A stretch of DNA of 64,000 nucleotides from Candidatus Latescibacterota bacterium. Lineage in GTDB: Bacteria > Latescibacterota > UBA2968 > UBA8231. The notes under the pieces are model-generated. The model was not told where the DNA came from. It made no database searches and worked only from the letters and a program-made list of their open reading frames with translations. Below, one piece after another: positions 56,951-64,000 of the stretch. The stretch spans positions 52,968-116,967 of the forward strand of contig JAJEFJ010000104.1 in NCBI GenBank assembly GCA_022820485.1. The letters run 5' to 3'. The position numbers and the translations under genes are program-made. How positions within the stretch are numbered: the stretch's first letter is position 1; each line of letters opens with the position of its first letter.

Positions 56951-58003
56951 ATGCCCACTACCTACCGAGTTGGCCTCATCGGCTGCGGGCGCATGGGTGC
57001 CACCATCGACGACGAAGTCAAAAGCGGCCCCAATGCCCAGCTTTTTCTGCCGTATTCGCACGCCGCGGCCATCGTCGCCTGCGAGCGCATGGAATTAGTC
57101 GCTGTCTGCGACCCGATCGCCGAGAAGGCCGAACGCATCCGCGACCGCTACGGTGCCCAACGAGCCTATGCCGACTACCGGGAAATGATCGAGCGCGAAA
57201 ATCTCGCCGTGGTCAGCATTGCCACCCGGCCGGGGCCGCACGCCGAGCAGGTGATTTTCGCGGCCGAAGCGGGCGTCAAAGGCATCTACTGCGAGAAATC
57301 GCTGTGCAACGCCGTACACGAAATGGACGCCATGCTGCAAGCCTGCATGCCGCGGGGCGTCAAATTCAACTACGGCACGCAGCGGCGCTATGCCGCGCTC
57401 TACCGCGATGCGCGCGCTATGATCGAGCGCGGCGACCTCGGCGAGGTACAGGCGGTCGTGGCAAACTGCGGGATCAGCGTGGCGCAATGGGGGCACACGC
57501 ACGCGGCCGACATGATGCTCTTTTTCGCGCTGGACTCGGAGGCGGAATTTGCGCAGGGGACGGTACAGGCAGAGGCCGCAGATTGGGAGGGCGATCGGCT
57601 GACTATAGATCCGAGGATCAGCAATGGATACGTGCAGTTCAAAAACGGGATTCACTCGTACTTAGTGGGTGCGCCCGGCTGGGAATTCGAAATCAGCGGC
57701 ACCGAGGGCACGCTAAGGACCTTGAGCAATGGGATGGGCTATAGCCTGCGCAAGAAAGACGAGCACGGCGAGTTGCGCCCGGTAGCTGCGCCCGAAGCGA
57801 TCATTGAAAGCGGCACGCTGCGCGGGATGGAGGACATCGTCCGGGCCATCGACGAGGACGGCGATACCCAAGGCAATCTAACGCTCGCCTGTCGCAGCCA
57901 AGAGCTAATTTTCGCAATCGTCGAATCGCATCGGCAGGGTGGGGCGCGAGTGGCCTTGCCGCTGGAGAACCGGGCCTTGTCGATTGCGCCAGATCACTAC
58001 TAG
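56951..58003 (+). CDS. Gfo/Idh/MocA-family oxidoreductase
   Basis: The Rossmann motif is VGLIGCGRMG, with the family EKP motif (CEKSL variant). The start is ATG 56951 after GAAAGGAAAG. The ORF-track start at 56921 is unlikely. Confidence 0.75.
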   Translation: MPTTYRVGLIGCGRMGATIDDEVKSGPNAQLFLPYSHAAAIVACERMELVAVCDPIAEKAERIRDRYGAQRAYADYREMIERENLAVVSIATRPGPHAEQVIFAAEAGVKGIYCEKSLCNAVHEMDAMLQACMPRGVKFNYGTQRRYAALYRDARAMIERGDLGEVQAVVANCGISVAQWGHTHAADMMLFFALDSEAEFAQGTVQAEAADWEGDRLTIDPRISNGYVQFKNGIHSYLVGAPGWEFEISGTEGTLRTLSNGMGYSLRKKDEHGELRPVAAPEAIIESGTLRGMEDIVRAIDEDGDTQGNLTLACRSQELIFAIVESHRQGGARVALPLENRALSIAPDHY

Positions 58004-58008
58004 CGCCG

Positions 58009-58437
58009 ATGCAGATCAGCATTGTTTCCTACGAGAAACATCGCAACTCGGCACTAGAAGCCGCCGAGCAGGAGTATATCAAGCGGCTCTCGCGGCAGGC
58101 GCGAGTCGCGCTGTGCCCGCAAAAAGGTAAGGCACGGGGCGGCCTGCCGGACCGGCTGTTGAAAGGGACGTATGTCGTCGGTCTGTACGTGGAGGGAAAG
58201 CCGTTTACCTCTGAGCAGTTGGCGCAGCAGCTTCAGCGGCTGATGAACCAAGGTCATTCACATTTAGTGCTGGTAATAGGAGGAGCCGAGGGAATGCCGG
58301 CGGGGGTAGAATCTCAAATACGAGAGCAGTGGTCGCTGTCGCCGCTGACTTTTTCTCACCAGCTAGCGCGCCTGCTGTTGTTGGAAGCTTTGTATCGGTC
58401 CTTTGACATTCTAAGCGGCGGGCGGTACCACAAATAG
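58009..58437 (+). CDS. rlmH: 23S rRNA (pseudouridine1915-N3)-methyltransferase (SPOUT family)
   Basis: ~142 aa with LVIGGAEG and the C-terminal SLSPLTFSHQLARLLLLEALYRSF...GGRYHK, typical of RlmH. Confidence 0.8.
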   Translation: MQISIVSYEKHRNSALEAAEQEYIKRLSRQARVALCPQKGKARGGLPDRLLKGTYVVGLYVEGKPFTSEQLAQQLQRLMNQGHSHLVLVIGGAEGMPAGVESQIREQWSLSPLTFSHQLARLLLLEALYRSFDILSGGRYHK

Positions 58438-58441
58438 CCGC

Positions 58442-59572
58442 TTAGAAGTACGTCATCAGTTTGTCCCACAGCCCCATGCGGCCGATGCTCTTTTCAGCGT
58501 GGATGGGCACCACGGCCAGTAGGCTATCGCCCAGCGAGACTCGCAACTTGCCCAGTTCAGTTCCGGCGACGATCGGGGCTGGAAATTCCTCGGGCAGCTC
58601 TAGGTGGTGGACGAGTTGTTTCTCCTGTTCGGGGGTAAGCACGGCGACTATGGTGTCTTGGGCCAAGGCGCCTACCTCTGGCTCTATGCCCCAATTGAGT
58701 ACGACCTTGCCCATCCGTTGGCCGGTTTCGACGAGGGGCACGCGCGAGAAGTTGTTAAAGCCCCAGCTTAGTAGGCGGCGGGTCTCCCGGTCGCGGACGC
58801 GCGTGGAGGGGGCTCCCAAGATCACAGAGATTAGGCGCATGTTGCGGCGCGAGGCTGTGGAGACGAGGCAGGAGCCGGCGCGGCGCGTATAGCCGGTTTT
58901 TAGCCCATCAAGCCCTTGGAACCGCCCCAGCAGCCTGTTGGTGGCGCGAAGCGTGAAGTTGCCGTTGCGGAAAGGCTTGCGGCGGGTAGATGACCATTCT
59001 AGGGTCTCCGGGTGGCCCAAGATGAGCTCGCGGGCGACTTTGGAGAGGTCGTAGGCCGTGCTTAGGTTGCCCTTGCCGCGTGGCGTGTTGTCGAGGCCGT
59101 GGACATTGACAACACGCGTGTCGTGCATCCCGAGGCTTCGGGCGCGCTTGTTCATCAGACGGACAAAACCGGCGGTTGAGCCGCTGATGTGCTCGGCGAT
59201 GGCAACACAGGCATCGTTGGCCGAGGAAATGGCCACCGCCTCCATCAGTTGCCCCAGCGTAAAGACTTCACCCCGCTTTAAGAAAACCTGAGAGCCGCCG
59301 GTGCGTGCGGCGCGACGGGAGACCCAGACCGAGTCCTCGAATGAGATTTCGCCAGCTTTGACCATCTCCAAGACCACCAGTTCGAGCACCAGCTTCTGGG
59401 TGCTGGCTGGCGAGCGCTGCACGTCTGGGCGGTGGGCAAAGAGCACGGTACCGCTCTCGGCTTCGAGCAAGAGGGCAGCGGCATACGGCGGCCTCGGGCC
59501 GGGGTTGAAGTCGGCGGCTTGAAGCGGTACACACGACAAACATACAGCGACGCACAGCGAACGAATGTACAT
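58442..59572 (-). CDS. D-alanyl-D-alanine carboxypeptidase (serine-type, PBP5/DacA-like)
   Basis: It has a signal peptide, then SxxK (ASTQK), SxN (SSAND) and KTG (KTGYT) motifs at the right spacing. 376 aa. Confidence 0.8.
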   Translation of the reverse strand: MYIRSLCVAVCLSCVPLQAADFNPGPRPPYAAALLLEAESGTVLFAHRPDVQRSPASTQKLVLELVVLEMVKAGEISFEDSVWVSRRAARTGGSQVFLKRGEVFTLGQLMEAVAISSANDACVAIAEHISGSTAGFVRLMNKRARSLGMHDTRVVNVHGLDNTPRGKGNLSTAYDLSKVARELILGHPETLEWSSTRRKPFRNGNFTLRATNRLLGRFQGLDGLKTGYTRRAGSCLVSTASRRNMRLISVILGAPSTRVRDRETRRLLSWGFNNFSRVPLVETGQRMGKVVLNWGIEPEVGALAQDTIVAVLTPEQEKQLVHHLELPEEFPAPIVAGTELGKLRVSLGDSLLAVVPIHAEKSIGRMGLWDKLMTYF

Positions 59573-59752
59573 TGTTTCTCTCGCTCAGAAAGCCAAGGGG
59601 CGTTACGGGGGATGGGCCTAAATGTAATAATTAAGGCACGTTAGGTCAATCAGGTATTGCACCGCCCATTCGCGCGACCTCTGCCCGTTTGGTCGGCGGG
59701 TGTTTCCTTACGAGGACCAGCAGTGTAATTTTAGAGATGGAAAGGACGGCCT

Positions 59753-60736
59753 ATGACTGCGGCAACCATACCTCAACTCACGTATAGTGGCAAGCCGATC
59801 GCGATGGAGCAGGTGGGCGAACTCCGCCGCTCGGATGATGTAATCGGCGATCGGGACGCGCTGTGGGAGCGGATGGAAGAAGACGGGTATTTATTTTTGC
59901 CGGAGTATTTGGACCGGCGCGAAGTGTTGGCGGCGCGGGCCGAATTGTGCGATCGCCTCTTCAAGGCTGGGGTACTAGACCCGACGCGGCCGCCCATGGA
60001 AGGCATAGTGGCCACGGGCAAGACGGTCAATCCAGCGGCCACTGGCCCATTTATGCCCGTTTTAGCGCGCAACAACCCGCCGCTGGACAAGGTCCTTCAC
60101 GACGGCCCGATGATGGACTTTTACGAATTTTTCTTGGGCGGTCCGGTCCGGCATTACGACTACACGTGGTTCCGCGCCAAGCAGCCGGGCACCAACACGG
60201 CGACGACCCCGCATTGCGACATCGTCTATATGGGCCGAGGCACCAAGGCGCTCTACACCTCGTGGACGCCCTTCAGCGACGTGCCCTACGAGATGGGGGG
60301 GCTGATGGTGTTGGAGGGGTCGCACAAGAACGAAGCCCTAAAGCAAGGCTACGGCCAGACCGATGTGGATGCGTTTTGCGAAAACGACGGCCCCACCGCG
60401 CGCCAAATCGTCGCGTCCGCGCAGCAGCAGGGCCGCGAACTGACACGCGAAGAACGCGAGCAAATTCGCTGGAACTCGTCCGGGGCCTACTCGCACGACG
60501 CGATTGCCGTGCGCGAGGAGCTACAGGGCCGCTGGCTGACGGCCGAGTACCAGATGGGGGATTTGCTGGTCTTCTGCATGTACCTGTTGCACGCCAGCTC
60601 AGACAACCAAACGGACCGCATTCGCCTGTCTTCCGATACGCGCTACCAGCGCTCACACGAGCTAATAGACGATCGCTGGATCGGCGACGACCCGCCCACG
60701 CACGGCATCCGCGCCAAGCGGGGCATGGTGTGCTGA
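59753..60736 (+). CDS. Phytanoyl-CoA dioxygenase (PhyH) family Fe(II)/2-oxoglutarate-dependent oxygenase
   Basis: The H-x-D iron-binding motif (TPHCDIV), a distal His (LLHASSDN) and the R of RIRLS are present. 327 aa. Confidence 0.65.
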   Translation: MTAATIPQLTYSGKPIAMEQVGELRRSDDVIGDRDALWERMEEDGYLFLPEYLDRREVLAARAELCDRLFKAGVLDPTRPPMEGIVATGKTVNPAATGPFMPVLARNNPPLDKVLHDGPMMDFYEFFLGGPVRHYDYTWFRAKQPGTNTATTPHCDIVYMGRGTKALYTSWTPFSDVPYEMGGLMVLEGSHKNEALKQGYGQTDVDAFCENDGPTARQIVASAQQQGRELTREEREQIRWNSSGAYSHDAIAVREELQGRWLTAEYQMGDLLVFCMYLLHASSDNQTDRIRLSSDTRYQRSHELIDDRWIGDDPPTHGIRAKRGMVC

Positions 60737-61327
60737 TTAGTTGACGGATGGATCTGCGGGAAATACGGAGAGGGGGCGATATTTACCCCCCATGGAGTGG
60801 AGCACTGCTTGCCACATGGTTTCGGGGGTGGGCGCTAGGACCATCTCGGGGTCGCCTGGGGCCAAAAACCAAGTGCCAGCACTAATCTCGGATTCGAGCT
60901 GGCCCGGCTCCCAGCCAGCATAGCCCAAGTAGAACCGCAACCGCGGCGCGTCGGCCCGGAGTACTTCGTCCTCGGCGTACTTGGTATCGAGGTTGCCGCC
61001 CAGATAGAGGCCGTCGAGAATTTTCGTCCCCCCTTCGACTAATCCGTCGAGCCGGTGCAAAAAGAAAAGATAGCGCTGGTGTACTGGCCCGCCTTGGTAG
61101 AATATCCGTCCCAACTCTGCACACGCATCTTCACCACCTGCGAGCTGTTGTAGGGAATCAGCCGCATAGCGCCGGACTCGCTCGCCGAGGGGCTGGTTGA
61201 TCACCAAGCCCATGGTGAGGTCTGTTTCGCTGTAGTGGGTAATGAGCACGACCGCGCGGTCGAAGTCGAGCGAGTCGAGTGCGGGAGTAGCGACCAACAG
61301 GGTGCCGGTTTGGAGCGGTGCGGGCAT
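60737..61327 (-). CDS. YqgE/AlgH-family protein (UPF0301)
   Basis: The family pattern is GTLLVATPAL.D..F.RAVVLI..H...GA.GLVINQP, with C-terminal GYAGWEPGQLE. The start is taken at the internal ATG 61327. Confidence 0.7.
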   Translation of the reverse strand: MPAPLQTGTLLVATPALDSLDFDRAVVLITHYSETDLTMGLVINQPLGERVRRYAADSLQQLAGGEDACAELGRIFYQGGPVHQRYLFFLHRLDGLVEGGTKILDGLYLGGNLDTKYAEDEVLRADAPRLRFYLGYAGWEPGQLESEISAGTWFLAPGDPEMVLAPTPETMWQAVLHSMGGKYRPLSVFPADPSVN

Positions 61328-61395
61328 GACAGGTATCTGGTGTAGCGAGTGTCGCTGTGAACGATAATAAAGATCGCGCGGCGAGACAACCTCGC

Positions 61396-62553
61396 TCAAG
61401 AGTACGCCAAGTAGCGGCGGCGAATAGCGTCAAAGGCTTGGCACGCCTCGTCCCAAGCGGCCTGCAACTCGGCGACGGCCGTGCCCGCGTCGAGGGCGCA
61501 GCGGATCTGGTCGGTGCCGGCGAGGCGATCGAAGTTGTGGATGCCACCGGCGGGTACGCGCCAGGCAAATTCGCTCGGGTAGAGCCGACGCACGGCCGCG
61601 ACCGCCTCAAAACCAACGACGACAGGCTCGAAGGCTGCGCGGTTGAGGACGTGGACTTGAACCCCCTCGCAGGTCTCGCCCGCGTACTTACCGGCCGTTG
61701 GTTGAAAAAACACCGGGCGGAAGCCCACCCCAGGCAGCGCTCGGCTGTTGAGCGCGTCGGCTAGGCGCGCCCCGTCGATAAACGGCGCGCCAAACTGCTC
61801 AAAAGGCTTGGTCGTCCCCCGTCCTTCAGACACGTTGGTCCCTTCGAAGAAACAGGTTCCCGGATAGATCACCGCGGTCTCTGGACTAGGCATGTTGGGC
61901 GATGGCGGCACCCACGGCAGGCCGGTGTCCTCCCAGTAAAAGGAGCGTTGCCAACCCTTCATGGCGACGATGTGTAGTTCTGCGCCGATTCCGTACTCCT
62001 CGTTGAAAAGCCGGGCGAGTTCGCCGATGGTCAGGCCGTAGCGCACCGGAATTGGGTACTGCCCAACGAAAGAGGCAAACGCCGGGTCGAGACAATTTCC
62101 GGCGATAGCTTGGCCGCCAATGGGATTGGGGCGGTCGAGGACGAGAAAGGGAATGCCCGCTTGGGCGCAGGCGGCCATGCTCAGGCTCATGGTGTAGAGA
62201 TAGGTGTAAAAGCGCGCGCCGACGTCTTGGATGTCAAAGAGCATCAGCTCGACGCCGGTGAGCATGGCGGCATCCGGTGCGCGCACTTGGCCATAGAGAC
62301 TGTAGGTTGGTACGCCGGTGCGGTGGTCGGTAGAATGGGCGATGTGCTCGCCGTCTTGGGCTGCACCGCGGATTCCGTGCTCTGGCCCGTACAAGGCGAC
62401 GAGTGTACAGAGATCGGATTGATGCAGCCGGTCGGCGGTGGATTGTAGGTGCGCATCAACGCCTGAGTGATTAGTAATCAGGCCGACGCGCCGGCCGCGG
62501 ATCAGGTCGGCATCTGCAAGCAGGCATTCGCAGCCGAGGACGACGCGGCTCAT
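61396..62553 (-). CDS. DUF1343-domain protein (NamZ-like exo-beta-N-acetylmuramidase family)
   Basis: The DUF1343 landmarks are present (VGLITNHSG, YGPEHG, DIQDVGARFYTY, LDRPNP). The true start is ATG 62553 (MSRVVLG), which overlaps the upstream GT2 stop (ATGA). The ORF-track start at 62982 is an artefactual extension. Confidence 0.7.
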   Translation of the reverse strand: MSRVVLGCECLLADADLIRGRRVGLITNHSGVDAHLQSTADRLHQSDLCTLVALYGPEHGIRGAAQDGEHIAHSTDHRTGVPTYSLYGQVRAPDAAMLTGVELMLFDIQDVGARFYTYLYTMSLSMAACAQAGIPFLVLDRPNPIGGQAIAGNCLDPAFASFVGQYPIPVRYGLTIGELARLFNEEYGIGAELHIVAMKGWQRSFYWEDTGLPWVPPSPNMPSPETAVIYPGTCFFEGTNVSEGRGTTKPFEQFGAPFIDGARLADALNSRALPGVGFRPVFFQPTAGKYAGETCEGVQVHVLNRAAFEPVVVGFEAVAAVRRLYPSEFAWRVPAGGIHNFDRLAGTDQIRCALDAGTAVAELQAAWDEACQAFDAIRRRYLAYS

Positions 62554-63578
62554 GGCTCGGGCACGAGCGCGGAGGCGCGCTGAACGCGCCGCGCAAAATA
62601 CTGGTAGAGAATGCTGCCCGCATAGACGCCATCGCGTGCGACTGCTGCGCCGGGGATGGCTTGGCTTTGGCGGCGGCGGCGATAGATGTTGCGCGGATGC
62701 GCGAGGCACCAGAGCAAGGCCGCACAAGGGGCCGAGGCACTGGACCACTGGCCTCGGCGGAGGTAGTAGAGCACGGCCAACACCTCCAACCACAGGCGCA
62801 AGGGCAGCAGCCACAGTAGGCGGCCCAGTCCCGCATTTTTGCACAGCGTGATGAGGCTGTTGCGGTGGTTGAAGTACGTTTTGCGGAAGGTGGCCGGAGG
62901 CTGGGAAAAGCCCGAGTGATGAAAAACCACCGACTGCGGCACAGCGCGGATTTGGTAGCCAGCGAGTTGGAGACGCCAGCACAAGTCGATTTCCTCAAAG
63001 TGCATGAAGTACTCGGGGTCGAAAAAACCGACTTGGCGGGCCGCAGCGACGCGGAGAAAGAGGGCTGCGCCGCAAGCCCAAAAGAGCGGCACGGACGCAT
63101 CGTATTGGCCCTCGTCGCGCTCGCAGCAGTCGAAGAGCCGCCCCCGACAAAAAGCGTAGCCCAAAGCGTCAATATAGCCGCCAGCTCCGCCTCCATAATC
63201 AAAGCGGTCGGGCGCACTGGCCGAGCGCAGCTTGGGCTGGCAGGCGGCGATCCGGGGCTCGCTGTCGGCCATGGCGACGAGGGGAGCAAGCCAGTTCGGC
63301 TCGACGCGGGTGTCGTCGTTGAGCAGCACGGCGTAGCGGGTGCGGACGGCCGCCAAGCCGCGGTTGCAGGCTGCGGCAAACCCTAAATTGCGCTCGTTGG
63401 GCAAGACCTCTAACGCGGGAAAGGCGGCTTTGGCCCGCTGCAAGCTAGGCGCGTTGCCCCCGTCGTCAACGACGAGCACACAGACGGGGTAATTGCTGTG
63501 GGCATAGACCGAGGCCACGCAGTCGTAGAGCACGTCTGCGCGGTAGTGCGGGATGACGACGGTAACGGCCTCGGTCAT
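62550..63578 (-). CDS. Family 2 glycosyltransferase
   Basis: The pattern is VVIPHYRADVLYDCVASV...VLVVDDGG, with DxD (LNDDT). 342 aa. Confidence 0.75.
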   Translation of the reverse strand: MTEAVTVVIPHYRADVLYDCVASVYAHSNYPVCVLVVDDGGNAPSLQRAKAAFPALEVLPNERNLGFAAACNRGLAAVRTRYAVLLNDDTRVEPNWLAPLVAMADSEPRIAACQPKLRSASAPDRFDYGGGAGGYIDALGYAFCRGRLFDCCERDEGQYDASVPLFWACGAALFLRVAAARQVGFFDPEYFMHFEEIDLCWRLQLAGYQIRAVPQSVVFHHSGFSQPPATFRKTYFNHRNSLITLCKNAGLGRLLWLLPLRLWLEVLAVLYYLRRGQWSSASAPCAALLWCLAHPRNIYRRRRQSQAIPGAAVARDGVYAGSILYQYFARRVQRASALVPEP

Positions 63579-64000
63579 GGAGAGGCGGACTGGCGGAGGA
63601 TGCGATCGGCCTCGACCAATTCCGACCGCTCGCCGTACTGCTCTTTGTATTGCTGGAGAACGGCCAGTGCCCCGGCAACATCGCCCTTGGCTTGGAGGGT
63701 GGCAGCCAATTCGTAGTAGCCCTCCCAGCGTTTCGGTGCGAGGGCGATGGCTTGGTGATAGAGGCCCACGGCGCGGTCGTAGGCCGAGTAGGGTTCTTGG
63801 ATCAGCACGCCGGTCAGGGCGATGATATTGTCGTAGGTGGCGGCTGGCTCAACATCGACGCGCTCGATGAGGAACAGCACGGCGTCGTGGATGTGATCGA
63901 TTGCGATGTCGTGTTGGCCGAGGGTGCTGAAGTAATCGGCCGCGGCATAGTGGTTCTCCCAACTCATGTAGATGTTGTCGCGTGCCCACTGCATGAGTTG
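63575..64000 (-). CDS. TPR-repeat protein (5' part lies beyond the window end)
   Basis: Three TPR-like repeats are present (AAADYFSTLGQHDIAIDH; AYDRAVGLYHQAIALAP; GYYELAATLQAKGDVAGALAV). The ORF is still open at base 64000 on the minus strand. Confidence 0.5.
   Translation of the reverse strand, partial: QLMQWARDNIYMSWENHYAAADYFSTLGQHDIAIDHIHDAVLFLIERVDVEPAATYDNIIALTGVLIQEPYSAYDRAVGLYHQAIALAPKRWEGYYELAATLQAKGDVAGALAVLQQYKEQYGERSELVEADRILRQSASP

Overview
This is a high-GC (~60%) bacterial chromosomal window. Genes are tightly packed, GTG/TTG starts are frequent and several products are lipoproteins. About 60 coding genes and one tRNA are present. The backbone is housekeeping and catabolic: purL; sucA-sucB-[foreign insert]-lpdA; xylA; rlmH; and a sugar-acid catabolic neighbourhood (two enolase-superfamily dehydratases, a Zn-alcohol dehydrogenase, an IlvD/EDD-family dehydratase, Gfo/Idh/MocA oxidoreductases, an aldo/keto reductase, a sulfatase, a LivK-type binding protein). 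Stress and envelope genes include sodC, an hsp20 behind a textbook sigma-54 promoter, a flotillin/NfeD pair, a DacA-like carboxypeptidase, a NamZ-like DUF1343 protein, a GT2 glycosyltransferase and an M20 peptidase. Several low-GC accessory islets interrupt this backbone. (1) A defence island at 15.8-24.2 kb: an Eco57I-like gamma-class N6A methyltransferase, a sirtuin-like SIR2 protein co-transcribed with a small Lys-rich protein, an MmeI-like type IIG nuclease-methylase-TRD fusion, and an overlapping RusA-like resolvase plus Mrr_cat-like/HEPN pair. (2) A low-GC type II RM cassette inserted between sucB and lpdA. (3) Three toxin-antitoxin-type loci. (4) A tRNA-Val-associated islet carrying a PD-(D/E)xK-like gene and a truncated Rpn/YhgA-family transposase remnant. 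The most unusual feature is a >1300-aa repeat-rich lipoprotein at 52.6-56.7 kb. Its lipoprotein signal peptide is separated from the body by a 12-C homopolymer that puts the two parts out of frame, a classic slipped-strand phase-variation switch; 13 or 10 C would fuse them. Other notable items: a YprA/MrfA-like DEXH helicase with DUF1998 fused to a C-terminal DEDDy 3'-5' exonuclease domain; a family of ~100-130 bp palindromic MITE/REP-like intergenic elements (3 copies); an ~85-bp duplicated leader plus first 17 codons shared by an enolase-family gene and the binding-protein gene; and a 23-bp identical segment encoding the peptide RLSSPKS in two unrelated genes. No CRISPR arrays or rRNA genes are present.
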